From Yuukianura sp. NJ FZ-2021 (lineage: Eukaryota): a DNA stretch of 64,000 nt. The notes beneath the pieces were generated by a model that was not told the DNA's origin, did not search any database, and saw only the letters and a list, made by a program, of their open reading frames with translations. Shown here piece after piece: positions 33,344 to 48,300 of the stretch. The translations under genes were made by a program, and so were the position numbers. The stretch's first letter is position 1. Each line of letters opens with the position of its first letter. The DNA is taken from the NCBI GenBank assembly GCA_046563655.1, contig CM102287.1:7874001-7938000 (forward strand). The letters run 5' to 3'.

Positions 33344-36300
33344 ACATGATTTAGGATTATTGGAGGCAGTAAGTGCTGTATGTCCCATTGAATTACACCA
33401 GCAACATTTTCCTCCTACTTTATGATCTTCTACTGCTTAATTTTGTTGTGTAAGAGGACAGGTGAGGGAGATGATTGGTTTGGAAGATGTCCCACAGCTT
33501 TATTGTCCATCCCAACACTTCCCGAGAGACACAACAACCTAATCATTCAAATGAAAAATGTTAGGGTGTAAACATTTCCCATTTTTTTTGATGATACTGG
33601 ATAACTTACCCCAACAGTACAAGTAGTAGAGGAAAAGTTCTTTAATCAATTTCAACCTGCCTTTTGTTGTGTACGTCGTTGGTGGTAGAAGGAAACAAGC
33701 CAGGAAGCAGATGACGCTTGTAGTTTCACCAAACTTTTACAAAAAGTCATTACAAACTTGGAACCACCAACTTTTTGGAACTTGGACGGTTCTGGAACGG
33801 GCGTGTCCTGTTTCGAAAAAAAAAAAATAAGATTATATTATCTGCCTAATTTTTTGAAATTCAATTTTTTCTAAAATCTCTATTTCGCATTTCATTTTAT
33901 AAAAAAAAATAGAATTTCTACAATTCACTTTCATCTGAAGCTTTTGTTCTATCATTGCAAATTGAAAATTATTTAACTCCGCTTTTTCCGACTTTCAAAA
34001 TTTTGAAATTCCGATTCCGAAGAGAAAGAATGAGACGCTCCCATAACTTTCAAAATTAAAGTTTAGCTGTGAGTTACACTAGTTTTAAAAATTTGCGTTT
34101 GGTATTAAACCTCTCCGAGCTCAAAACGTCCCAAATGCTTTGACTTTGCAAAAGTTGTTTTTGAAAAGTAACTTGATTTCCATGATTTTGATGTTAAAAA
34201 TTTACAATTTAAAGAAAATCTTCAGCTTCAAAAACGTACTAAGGGATTAGGTATTTCATCAATTTTGTTTATCAACTTAATAATCATTTTTGAAATTTCG
34301 ATACGTTTTTAGCTTACCGAACGATTCTACGGAATCTTGATCTCACAGATTCGAAACTTACCAAAAGTTCCTGAAATTTTGACTCACGAGTAAAAGACAA
34401 TTTTGAAAATATTTTTCGTTCGCTTTCGGCTATTTTTCCAAAGGAACTCGGTCGTTCTTCAAAGTGGAAATTAATTCCATTTTGAGTTGCATCTGTGTCT
34501 GAAGGTGAGAGAGTGTGTGGGTTCCAGTGCCAGAACAAATCCTGATTTGTATTCTCCCACTTGTGCTAAGTTACTGCTCTCATGTCAAAGTCCAATTTGT
34601 TTTGGAATTGAAGTTGGATGGTGATAATGGTTTACAAATTGAGCCGATTAGACATCTAAGCTCTCCTCAACCTGTTCCAGCCTCCTATTGTTCTTGTACT
34701 GAATTCCTCTTCCTTGGAAGAATACTTGGAGAGACAAGTTGGGATTGTGATCAGAACAAATTGAGCACCTCACACCTTCACCTGAAGGATAAAAATGAGA
34801 GATGATGTTGGATTCCTTACTCCCTTCATCCCTCTGCCTCTCGAGATGAAGAAGATGCTTAGAGGGATGAAGATCCGCATTGAATCACGAATTGAAAGTT
34901 CTTGTGACGGGGGAATCTGTGTCTGATGGGCATTTGAAAGTGACTGCGTCTCCTTGTGACTGTGAATAAGTAGAGTACAATGGCTCCTAATGAAAGAAAT
35001 GGAATGACGATCATTACCATCAGGGCGGATAAGGAGATGAAGATGATGATGATGACGAAGCCAAGTCCCCTCTTCATCCCTTCACTTATTTCCTCACGCT
35101 TACACTCATTTCCTCACGGTTTCCTCACGATTTCTTCAGTCTTCGTTGAGGTAAAAAACCCAAGGGAGATGAAACCTGCAGAGACAGAAATAAATCCAAT
35201 GGGTTAGAGTCGATTAGTTCAAAATTAGGCCCAATTTTCACCAGATTTTCAAATCGCAGTTGATTTCCATTTCTCAATGTGTTGGAGAAAGTCCAAGGGA
35301 AAAAAGATTGAGGGAGATTGAAATTTTATTGAAATTGTTTACATTTTTTCCAAAAATAAAATTTTGGTCACTCACTTCTACGCTGTTCAGCTAAAACGAA
35401 AAATTGACTGTCGTTTTCTAAAATTTACGAAAGTTTGTACCGAGAATCCAATTCCGGAATTTTCAAAAGTTCAAAAATGGAAACCGTTTTGAAAAAAGGA
35501 GACCAAAAATTTTCAAAATCGAAGCTACAGCTTTCTATATCCAAGCTAAAGCTTAAGTAAGGTTTCCAGTAACCTACCAATTCAGAAATTTTTTTTTTGA
35601 AAAAATGCTTCCTAGTCTATGTTTTTTATGGAACTGCGGTGAGTTTGAATTTAAGTTTTTTAGAAAGCGGATGAGCCTCTGGCAATGCCAAGCTCGTCAC
35701 TCAGGCAGCACACAAAAATCTTCCAAATTGCCTCTTACCTCCCTCCTTTGAACAATTAGGGCAGAAGGGAGATAGGCTTATAGGCATTAGGGGATGCTGT
35801 TAGAAACAATGGTTCATTGTAATCCTAAAAACATATTCCTAACACTAACAGCATAGCATAGGTACAAATCCTAAACTAGAAATCAGGATCTACGCAGAGA
35901 GTAGAGTACCAAAAAGCACTTTGCTCTCCATTATTGCCAATGGCCAATCCACTGAAGAATCCATTTGCCAAAAAACCTGCTGCTGTCTGTCAAGCCATCG
36001 CAGGAGGTTCAACCCTAGACTTTATAACTTATTGTAGTTGTGAGATGAAGGTGTGGCAGGATCCTGATAAGTTTAGGTTTAGTCTAACCCAAACTAAAAC
36101 TAACTTTTTATTCAAAAGTTACTTTAAAGAGTTCGTGTTGAATCCAAAATTGAGGCTGAGATAACCTTATAGAGACTTGATCAGAGTCGTTTCGAGATCA
36201 AAAAGACTTTTTTCAAGACTTTGGATTTTTTCAAGGATGCGAGATGAGACGGAGATGCGGATGATGACAATGGAAGTTCTTTGTAAAAAGAAGATGAAGC

Positions 36301-39300
36301 TTCCTGCAGCTTCTTGTGAAGAAGAATTTAGGATTTGAGACGGGTATTGAATGGTTCATTTCAACGGAACGGGATGATTTTGACGTTGAAAAAGTGCCTG
36401 TAGTTTGTTTCCGTTCATCTTCTTACCTGAATTAATTGCAGTTGTGGCTCAGGGTGGTTGGAAATAAGTCTAAAGGCACTTTTCAACATGAGGAGTGAGA
36501 CCTGTCGTAGACAAAATTGCTTCTTGCCTCCATTGAAGCTTTCGACTCAAAGCAGTTGAAGCGAACCTTAGCCAATAAAATATCTCAAAAGTCCCCAATT
36601 ATCCTTGTCATCAAAAGCAATTGTTAAAATTTTGGAAGAGAAAAATTGGGAAGAAAAACCGTAAACCAGTTTTTGTTCGGAGTTTAATCGACCTTAGCTG
36701 TAGCCGTAACTAACAGTACTTGAACTTTTATGGAGTAAAACTCAAGTTCTTCGTTGCCAACTTTTTAACTTCTAGTGATTTTCGATAAAAATTGGGAAAC
36801 ATTTTATACGTTTCGAATTAAAGCCTTTTGTGTCAAATCTGATGCCAAATTGAACTTCGATTGTCTAGCAGACGCGACTGTCCAATCACTGAAAATTTCG
36901 AACGGGTTTTAAATTCTGTATGTAATTTTGTTGAAGTTTCAAAAATAGTGCAATATTTCCAACTAAAATGTCAACTCATCAAAACTGCGTTAAGTTGCTT
37001 TAAATGTTAAGCTAAATTCAGCGTAAGTCAGATTACGCAAAAACTGCTCTAATTTCTTGGAGTCTCTTCGATTGTATCAAAATTTAAAGTTTGAAACTTT
37101 TTTAAGCGAAAAATGCTGAAAATAATTTTGTAAATTGTGTGAACCGTGGATAATCTGCATTGCGGCAGTTTTGTTAAAAGGAAGATATAAATCGATTAGG
37201 AAAGAATCAATATCCAGAATCCAAAAATTCTTTTGAATTGTTCAAGAAACGAACACGAAAGTTCAGATTAGGCTAACCTACCATACCAAAAACGAAAGAT
37301 AGGCTAGCCTAGCCAAAGTATATAACCTAGAATTTGTTTTAGGCTAAAAACCTAACCATAGCCTACTTTTTGAAAAGAAATCTGCACCTTACAGAGTCTT
37401 AATCAACCTTGGAAATCTTTGGTTCAAGTCTCTGAAGAGTTCATCAATTCCTGTCTTGTCCTGAACGTCCTGATGGGAAACCAATTAAGGTTTGAAGCTC
37501 ATCTCGAATTGTAACTTTAGTCTAGAGATGCTGCAAAATCGAATTGCATTGTGTAAGAAGTTGAAGAGGGAGCGGAGATAATACAATTTCGTCTAGTTGA
37601 TGAGACAGAGGAAAGGTGATCTCTGATCTTGTTGGGATTCCTTGAATTATCCACTTCCCTCGTGAGTTACAGTTAGTGCCAGGAGAGATGGGTTGTTCGG
37701 AGAGATCTTTTCTGTAAAAGATGTTGGAAAAGGAAGAGGGAATGGACTTTTGAGAAAAGCGGAGAATGGAAGCGTGGATGACAGCCTCCGTTGAAGATTA
37801 ATGATTGGAGCGGCAGAGGAAAGGATTGGAGGTCTACCTCATCTTCACCTTCAGCAGAACAATAGACGAGGAGATAAAAGGAACATCTCTGGAGAGATCA
37901 GCAGCCGAGTGAGAGATCACTTCTTGCCAATTCCAACTGCATTTGCACAACTTTCTACCAAGAACCAATCTCACCAGACAAAACTTTCACTCACCATTTC
38001 AAAAAAGTCTGGGACCGACGCTCATAAATTCTGTCAAAATAGCTTAGCCTAAAATCGAAAGCCTAAAAAAAATCCAGAAAAAGTTTTCACGAAATTCAAT
38101 AAGTCTAATTATAACTTCTACCACACAATCTTTGATTTCAAATACAACTCAAAACTTTGTAGTTAGCAGCAGCCTAAATTGAGGTGTTAAAAATTTTCAT
38201 TTCGGAAAAAATATCCGCCAAAAGTACTAAAGTATTTTGCAAAGATTTCAGCCAAAATCGTCGAAATCGATATTTTTGCAAACTAAGCATGGCTTTATCA
38301 TTTCGCGTTATTAGTTTTTACTAATCTTTACTAAACCTAATTGAAACTGAATACATGACATGTTTTGATGGATGTGCTATGTCTATGTGACATGGTGGAT
38401 TGAGTTCTATTGAGTCAAAAGGTGTTTTTGTCCCTTAAGTGTCAATTGAGTGACACTTTTCGTCTGTTCTGAACATGACAGGATCTTGTTCTGATCAAGA
38501 TCTTTCTCCCTGTTCTGCCGTGTTCCAACTTCCTTAAGAGCTCTTCCCATTGTTCCTTTTCCCTTAACCTATGATGGTAATAACGTTGGTGGGGATGAAG
38601 TTAAAGACCCTGGCCCACATCTGATACTCCCTAATAAATTGACCATAAAAGTTACAACATCAGTCTTTGCTCCTCCGTTTATTGCTTCCCCCACTCCCGA
38701 GCCCCCTCTTCCCCCCTCCCGTGTTCCCCTGATGGATGGAACACTTCCAAAGATCTTCATCTCTACACATGTTCTCACCGGAGCAGCTCAAACATCTTCG
38801 GTCCAAGTGGATTCTGCTTCTCTGAGGTGTTCTGTGTAGGGATCCAAAGCCCTTAGCTTAGTCACCTACAGATCCAGCAGGACTTTACACTTGCCGCTAC
38901 AACCCACTTTTAATGGCTCATCCTAAAAGTTACGTTGAAAAAGTTATGGTAGGTTGAAAAGTGGCATTGTGAAAGGCAAAGAACAATTACTCGGTTCGCT
39001 GCCCATGCAGATTCATCAAAATTAAACTTTCCTTTTTGGAACAAGAGAAGTTTAACGGTGGGGAAGTCACAAAATGGGATAAAAACGGATATGGCCAATC
39101 TCCTCCTTGTTGATTATTTGCACAAAACTTTAATTTCCTTTTATACTTCTGAGTAAAACAGAGACAAACACAGACACAAAGAAAAAACATTAAATCTGCT
39201 TGTTTTTAAGCCGATTCTGTCCAAAATTGTTTTGCAATTCTTCAATTTTCTGCATCGATTCCCACGTTTTTAGTCGTAATTTCTTTAGAATTTGCGAGAA

Positions 39301-42300
39301 TGACGGGAAAAATTCTTAAGGAAGTCGAAACAAATAAAAGCTTTTGAAAGTTTTCAAAGTGAAAATGTTTTGTATGTTTGCCTTTTGGTATGGAATTTGG
39401 AAACCCTCGTTTTTCAAAATTCATTTAAAAGTGATTTTAGTGTACTTAATTTTTTTTTGAAAAGAGAAAGTACTTTGAAACAGAAAGCAAATGAGTTTTA
39501 GCAGTGTTTGACGCTAGACGATAAAAAATGTATCCCGTGGTAAGATTCTAAAACTTTCTAGCTTTAGATTCTATGTGAGATATTTGTCGATAAATTCAAA
39601 TTGGCTTGGCTTGGCGTTTTGAATTCAAAACGATGTTAAAAATTACAAATCTGATGTGTCTCTTTGTGTCTGGTTAGGTTGAAGTAAAGTTTACGGATGA
39701 AGTACATGCAGTTACGTTAGGGTGAGGGTAGTCTAGCTTTCATTTTCCTGTGAAAGAATCAAATTTAATGGAAAGAGAAAGAGAGAAGCAAAGGTCAAGT
39801 TGAAAAATGTTGGTGAAATGCGGAAACAAGATTCTTGTGCTTTCGGAATTGAGGCGCATGTTTCTGGAAGTGCCCGAATTCCGGAGTTTTCCAACATCTT
39901 CCCTATCAAATGCTGCCTGCCAGCCAGTGCTGAGAGGGGAAAGTCCGTCCGAAGAGAGGGTGATGAACGGTCGATATTCGGGGTTTAGGAGAACTACGCT
40001 ACCCGCCTTTTGCCTTCCAGAACTTCTACAGGATCCAACCTCCACTAGTACTGCCATTCTCTTCCTTCAACCTCTCTTCTCTCGGCCATTTTGAAATGCC
40101 GTCTTTTCCTTCATCCAAAAAACCTCAGACAGACTCCCCTCCACCACTTTTCACTACAGGAATTTCTAATGTCTTCCTTTTGCTCTACCTCTGCTACGCT
40201 CAAATTCGCCATGTCGATTTCCTTCTTAAAAAACTACTTTGGGATTCAAAATTGTTTTAAAAAGTAAGGAAATTCATAGTTTCAAGAAACCTTCCCATGT
40301 CGATCAGAGTTGTGTGTTCTGAGAATCTCTCAGGCTTGTCATTTGAATCTCCTGTGAAGATCTTGTGTAGAAGTTAGGCTAGGTTGAGCATCCCATTGTC
40401 TTCTTTTTTCCCTCCCCCTTTCCTACGCTAAGATTCCTCCAAGTTATGCGGCATCTCGAGAGAGACAAAGGCATCTTCCCAAGGAACTTGGGTTGAATCC
40501 TGTCTTTATTGCCGAATCAATCACGATCTCTGGCAGAACAGAACGAGTTTCTCCCTTCAAGGTTTCTGTTCTTTTTAGTCACTTACAAACCTCTTCCAAT
40601 GAAATATTTAATTACACTCATTACAAATTAGACAACAAGGAGCAGAATGAGGGTGGAGTTATGCTGCCTTACTTCAACCAACCAAACCTTTAACTCTAAT
40701 AAAAATTGTTACTGATGCTTTGTATATGAAAGACTTAAAAGTTGAGGAAATGTCTTTCTTAACATTCGTCAACAAAAATTCGCAACTTTTACCCCACTAC
40801 GTATTGCACCACAAGTTAAGTACTTGTAAAAAATGACAATTTCAATGCAGTAGTAGATAGTTGCTCTTGCTGGATTAGTATTTTAAAGAACTAAAAGCTC
40901 GTTTTAAAATTCAACGTTAAAAAAATGCATATCATGTGTCTGGAATTCGCATTTCAGGTTTCCCTTCACCATCAAAAATTGAACAATTCCTAGTTGAAAC
41001 GAATATAGTATGGTTAGCTTAATAATCAAGGCAACCGTTTCCCTAATAGCGAGAACTTTTTGAAAAAAAAAAGTAAAATAAAAATCAGTTTTCTTTAAAA
41101 ATAAGTTTATGTAGAAAAAAAACACTGTCACCTTAAAGTAGTGGAACATTGTACTTACAGAGACGAAGAAAGATTCCTTGGAGTTGAGACGTCGTGTTGT
41201 ATTAGGTTAGGTAGGCGTTAGGTTATGGAGTGGAGCCACTTTGGAGTAGTTGGAGTCGTTGCAGTGGCGAAAGTGGAAGTGAAAGCAAGGGAAGATTCGG
41301 AGGCAGTTGAAGACGGAGGAAGATAAAATCCAATCTAGACGGAGAGAGAGAAAGGCGCGGGGAGTAACTATGTAGAGAGGCAGAAGGAGTTAGGTTGTGT
41401 GGGTCTGCGGATATTAATGTTATGTCATGTCAGTGCCCTCTTGGAAAAGAGCGCCAAACGGGGAAATGGATTCAAACGACAAATGTTCCTCCATTGTCAA
41501 CAGCAAGTGAAAGCAAAAGGCTTCACTACACTTACTTTCACTCTCACTTCAACCCGAAACCGCTTCCTCTTCCTGTCTCTTCATCCTTTCTTCCAGAAGC
41601 ACGAAAACTAGCTCAGTCAAACCTTATTTAAAGGAATATCAATTCCGTAATAAGGAAAACTACAACCTCAATTATTTACGCCTCAGGCGCTGGAGGCTTT
41701 GCCCCTGAGGGACACAAGCGCTGCTCAATCCTGCGCCTGCGCCTAATTCTGCACCTTTAGCCTTAGGTTTTTCGATTTAAAGTGCTGCCTAAGGTAATTC
41801 AGCTGCCTTTAAATGCCGAGCTGCGCTGTTCTCTAACGCGGACTGACAAAAACAGCTGGATTCGGCGATCCTTGGGCCCTTAAGGGCTCCGTTTGCTAAG
41901 GGTCGTAACCTTAGTAGCTACAAAAGTCAAAAAAGTCCTTAGGTTTTGCCTAGCCCTTAGCTTGGCATTAGGGTATGTTTGAAAAGTCCTCCTTTGATCA
42001 GTCTGACTTTATTACGCCAAAGTCATGGGCCCTTGGGCTTTAGTCCCTTCAGTCCATCTGCTCCCTTCATTTCATCTAGACCCATTTTTCAAGTGAAGTA
42101 TTTCGGTTTAAGTGCACTTTTGCACACAAAAAAATCATTCAAATTTTCACTTTCTCCAACCGCTTTTGTAAGAAAGGATTTCTTTTCCAAAAGTTATTTT
42201 TAGAAAAAGTGAAAGTGAAAGGAAATTGGTTTGAATAAAACTTTTTCTTTGCCTGCAGTTTGAAGTTAACGTTCCCACTTTTTCTTTTATAACTTTGTGA

Positions 42301-45300
42301 ATCTGGAATAAGGAGGTGCTAGAAACGAATCCGAGTTCGAATAATGGCAATTGCTCAACAAAACAAATCTGAAAGTTTCCAAATTCTCAGCAAAAGTGTG
42401 AAAATCCACTTACACCAAGACAATAAAAAGTGTCACCTTCTTGGCTCACCTGGGACTGCTGAATTTTTAAAACATTTTGGTTTCTTATATCCTTTCAAAT
42501 GGAAACGGCTTCAACGCTGGCTCGGCTCACGACGAAAAAAAAGTGAAAGCAGCCACGGTGCGCGTCAGTTTTCTTCAGTCAACTTCAACCATTATTAATG
42601 AATAAGTTTAACTAAAAGTTTTCACCGAAAACTTTTGTTTTTGTAAAACAAAAGTGACTTTTTGTGAAAAGGAAAAGAGAAAGTTTGAAACTGTTTAATT
42701 TCCTTTGATTTCCTAATGACCTTTTGATTATAGTTGAAACTATGGGAATTCGATAGCAGAGTTTACGCGAACGGAACGCCAAAAAAACTTTTTCGAAATC
42801 GAAAACCCAAGTTTTCCCCCTTTTTTGAAAACTTTCTCTTTCCCTGGTGTCACCACGACTACTTTCTTTACATTTCTTCCTGGAAGTTTCTACTGTGTGG
42901 TGTAGGTTGGGTGAGGTGAACAGGCAAGACAGGGTTTTGTTCTGCTTCAACTGACTGCCAAAGACCAAAAGCGTTTTGAACAGAAACCGAGTCAGTCTAA
43001 GGTAGTTTCCCGGGAACTTTTGAAAAGCGATGACGACTACCTTCTGCTGGAAGAACCGAAGTTCGTCATTTGAGAACAATATAAAAGCTCCTGACTGCCT
43101 CTGGCTTTCGAGGTCCCATCGATTCCACATTTTTTTTAAAGCTCGAAAACAGAATTTGACAAGGCTCTGGTCATTAATCATGGGCGACGGTGGAATGGTA
43201 GTGCGGGAAGGGATGAAAAGAAGAAAAGAACGCGCTAGCCAGTACTACTGCCAGCAGCCAGCACGCAAAAGGAGACTTTGAATCCAAATTACTTTTGGTA
43301 GAATGGGAAATTGTGCTCCTGGCTTTTTCTTTGACTAACGAAATAACAATAGGAAGTTTCTCACTCCGACACTCCACTGTCCTTTTCAAATTTCAACTTT
43401 TTCTAAATTAGGTATAGTCAAAACGATCCCCCACGCAGAAGCTATTGCAGCAAAACCTTAGCTGAAAATATCTTAACAAAAGATTTATGCCAAAAAGCTT
43501 CCGTTGCAAATTACAAAGCAATAAAAAATCCAACTTAGGTTGCGAAATGGTTCAGTGGCGAAAAAAAATCGTGATTGGTTTTTTCTCTAAATTCGTCACA
43601 CTTCAGTTCGAGATTGTATTGGAAATGCATTTTTTTCGTCCAAGTTTTTGTAATCAAGTTTTTATATGTTTTTTTCCAAATTCGAATTTCAAAATTTTAA
43701 ATTAAAATTTTTATTCCCACCGTCCATTTAAGAAGAAAGTTAAACTTCATTCCTTTAAAGGCCAAACCGTCTAGAATGAAAGTAAAATTTAAAAATAATC
43801 TATTTCCATCACTTCTCCATTTTATTACAAATAGGGTTAGGCTAGGCTTGTTAGTACAAGGATACGTTAGGTTTACAAATTATACCTGAATGAGTAGGAT
43901 GAATGTTATGTTAATGTTTCTGCATAGGTACTTTACATTTTAGGTTAGGGAAAATTTGGAATTTGTGCAATAAAGTTACTTACAAGGGTTTGGCCAAACG
44001 TAAAATCTACAGTCATCAACTGAAGTCTCTTGGCTTCTCCAGATTCTCCAGGACTGAGCTAATTTTGAACAAGAGATTTGAGCAAGAAGAAAGGAAGATA
44101 TTCCGCCTTTCTTCAAAAAATTTCTCTCTTTTGAAAAACTTATGCAAAAGTCAAAAAGTATAAGAAAAATGGAAGGCAGTGGTGAGTATTGTGTGCCAAA
44201 AGTAGAGATCGTAAAGGGCTGGAACGAGTCCCAAGAGCCCTAAGAAATCCATTTCAAATGAGCCTTTCCGTCCTTCTGCCAAACCTTTTCTTTTTTTGAA
44301 AGTAGAGAGACCAGGACAAAAGACACGGATGGAGCAAGATCATATCTGGAAAATCAATAAGCTTCTGCATGGAGAGCAGGGTAGGGCGTGTTCTAGAAGT
44401 CTAGAAGATCTAGAACCTACTTTTCTATGGAACTCAGCTCGTCAGAGTCAGACTTTGAGCCTTGAATGTACTCAATTCCTCTTGAACAAAATGACATCAG
44501 CCTTCACTTTCCATCAGATTTCGGCACAACAGGAGATTAATTCCCTCGGATTGACTTCCTTACTTACATCTCTCCCTGTCAGTCATCCACTTTCTACAAA
44601 AAAGAAACAAGGAGCGTCAAGAACTCAAATCTTGCTACTGGTTTTAACTATTTTTTTTAAGTTGGGTTTATTTAATTTTGTTTTTAGTTATGCACAAATT
44701 TTGGCAAAGTAGGCTGTGAAAATGCTGAAAATTAACTAGCAGACAGCATGCTGACACGCAAGCCTAAAAAGGTTCTTCCCGCATAGTAAATGTACTGCAT
44801 AGTACAGTTGAGTCTTCTTTGCTAAGGTCTCGGTTTATGATCCATTGTCTCCTGAAAAATGCATGAGCACTGTGAGTTAGCCGCTGCCCAAAAGTCCATT
44901 TGGAACATGAGAAATTTGCTACTCGTAAAACTTTCGCAAAACACTGGAACTCGAGAGTCAAAATGCAAAAACTTTGGCGTAGATTATAATTAGGAGATGC
45001 AGGGATTTTAAGTACACAAGGGAGGGAGAGTACTTAATTCCAGGACTGTTATGAACGGCGATGCATGTACCAGTGAAGAGTGTCTATAGCAATGTACAGC
45101 CAATTTTTGCCATTCTTAGGTTACGTATCTTTAGATTCTGGCAGTGAAAAAGTTAGCGTACGGATGTCACCGTCCGGGAGTGACTTGGTACCAAGTCCGT
45201 GGGGGTCCATCGAAGCAGATACTTTTGGGCTTTTCGCAAAGTACCCACCATGGTGTATTCTTAGGGCGGAAAAAATTGTTTAGCGAAAAACAAAGGATGA

Positions 45301-48300
45301 CAATTACGACTACTACTCCGAGTTTCTTGTTTACTTCAAGCCTGGCTACTGCGTTAGGCTTTTTTCCATTTGTGGAAAATGGAATCCAGCTGTCACGAGG
45401 AAGCATGACGCTGAGAAAAGCGTCTCCCTTTGAGCTCCAGTTACAATGTCAACGAAAATCGTGAGCCATCGAAAAATTGAAGTAGACAAACAAGACAGGG
45501 GGTTCGAATCACAAAACCAAAACAGTCGTTCTATTACTCCACAACAGCACGAAAAAAATTTTCAAAAAGAAATTGCTAAAAAAAATCTCTCTTTAATTAA
45601 TTTTTTGTTGTCATTTTGGGAATACTTGAAACAGAATTAGTCCATGTAAAACCGACCTTTTGAAAAAATTCGAATCTTAGAAGCAGTTCAATGTAGTTAA
45701 CTATTCACAGAAAAAAAACCAAAAGCGTAGACTTTGCACCACTGTGTACATGAATATGGAAGCCATTACTCAAAACTAAAACTGGAAAAAAGTGGGTTGG
45801 TGTGATTTTTAAGCCAGGAAAAATTTGAAATTAGAGACAACTTTTTGCAAAAAGAATCCCGGCAGTTCTAGATTGACGAATCACATGTTTAGTACTGATT
45901 CAGCTCCTCATTAAACGAAATTCAGGAATTCTAATTTATTTTTCAATTTTTCTATTCAATTGGTTAATAAAAATTTTCTTCTAAAATTTTGAAGCTGTGA
46001 ATTCGAATTACGAAGGAATTTACACTGTCCAGAATAAACTTTGTATTTGGACAAAACTTGGCACCGATTTTCAACCACAAAGCAAGGAGTATTTTGAAAA
46101 GAGATTTTGAAGTGGATCGTTGTCCTAATCAATTTGGAATTGGAATCAATTGAATTGACAGCTAGACAAAAGACGCATTGTCTCCGCCGTGTTCAGTTGG
46201 TAGATTTATGGCTGTGTTGTCGTTGTGAAGGTGGGACTGCCTTTCACCTTTGTGCCTCCAGTGTTCAGAGGAAGGAAGCGTTGAATTACCTGCTCAAAGT
46301 GAAGATCCTGCTCCATAATGTAGTTCAAGTGACAGGATGACGAATGACTTTATATTTCCCACCACTCAAAGCCTAAACTTCCCTGTCACTTCAGCCCAAA
46401 TCCAACCATTGTCACCCGCATGACCTCGATAGTAGACAACCACCTCCACAAAATTCAAAAAGTTCATTCACCTCGAGTGACCCCAACACCTTGCGAACTA
46501 AACTTTCTCCTCAAGATAGCCAACACATGAAAATACTGCATGTCTTAACATTCAGCCTCCTGCTTATTACATTTGTTTGATTTAAAAATGTCAAAAAAGC
46601 AACACTCAAAATAAATTTTTAAACTTTCAACAGTAGCGTGCGAGCATCAGTATTTGTCTACGTTGCAATTTTTTATAATTCTTAATGAGTTAACCGCCAC
46701 TTGAACTTTTTCCAAGGTCGCAGATCGCTTTTGCTAAGTTCAAATAAGTTCAGTTTCGCTTTCGATTGAGCTTCGCTTAGCGTAAATTCTCGCCAGTTTT
46801 ATATTACGTTAAAGGTAAATGTGAACTGTTCATCTTCCCGCTTTCTTTGTATGTTCTATCAAAGACTCCGTAGTAGAATCCGTAGCTTTTGGCCACCTAG
46901 ATCCCAGTTGGTGCATTTCATCTTCCTAGGTTTCCGAATTCACTCGGCCCATCCCCCACCAGGGGGAGAAATAAGAATGGCTGAGGAAAAACGGCTCAAG
47001 CTCAGCGAAGTTGCTTCTACGAGGATAGACCCAATCCCAAAACAAACTGATTCGCTTTTCTAAATTTAAAAATTCTAAAAAAAAAATTCCAACCAATTCA
47101 CACCCCACTGCCTTTCAATTTTAAACCAAAGATGCAAGAGGAATTGCGTTTTTACTATTTAAAACTGCTTTTATAACTTCACTTCCCAAATTTGTTTTTA
47201 TGTTTTAAAAAAAAATAAACATAAAAAAACGTAATTTCAAAAAAAAAGTCAGCAATTGCAAATTCGACATTTTATTACCCGAATATAAGAAAAACTTTAA
47301 TCCGCAGTTTGTACTTAAAATAGTTTTTAGACAAAAGTTTTTCCGGACGAAACCTTGTTTAAAAAATGATTCCCGACTTTTCAGTTTCGCAGTTCTGAGT
47401 GGTTTTTGTAGCAAAGGAACTCAAAAGCTTTGGCTTTCGGTTTTAAAGAGGAGTTTAGTAAATGTTATCTTTGGCATGATTTATGTTGGACACATTCCAT
47501 ATCCAAGAGATCTTAGAAGGAAACTTGGCATTCAATTTTCAAACAATTGAATTTTCAAACCAAGCACCAAACCACACCCAATTGACTCTTAGGTGCTAAT
47601 TACACTCCGCCCAGCACATCACACCAACAAATTGATTAACCTTTGACCTCACCAGATTCAATTTCTTTTTTCTCTTTTAGATAGTTCTTCCCGCGTCCTC
47701 TGTGACACTTTCCCAATGAACTTTTTTCAGTTCCGGTTTTTTTAGACGAAGCAGAGTGATCGATGGGACTTAAGGGCCCTCCGAAAGACCAAATTAGTGA
47801 ACATCCAGATCAACCTAACTTTGACACGAGTCCAAAAGGGAACTTCGACACTGTTTTTGTGCCACCCCTTCCACAAAATCTGGAATGATAATTCCCATTT
47901 CCCCGAAGGAGGAGACGCTTCTAGCTTAGTTTGCTCTCTAGAATTTGAAGTTTTGAAAACCCAACGGAAGCCAGTGGCTGGAAACTCTTAGCTTTTAGAT
48001 GGCAGAATAGGAAATTTGATTTAATTTTGATAGGAAGATGGTTCTGTACTGTAATGCATTGAGAGACACACTCTAACCTAAGCATAACATCTAAAAGGAA
48101 AGCAAAAGCCCAGAGCCAACTTTCCCAAAAAGTGATGACAGGAAGTTGCCTCTTCGAGAGACTTGACATTCTGGCTCATCTAAAAGTCTAAAAACTTTGT
48201 CATCTAAAAGGACTAAAGTCAACCCAAAACCTAAAGGAAAAACGGATACAATGAGATTTCTGTCGCCTAAGTTTGCGTCTCCAACCAAATCCTATTGTTC

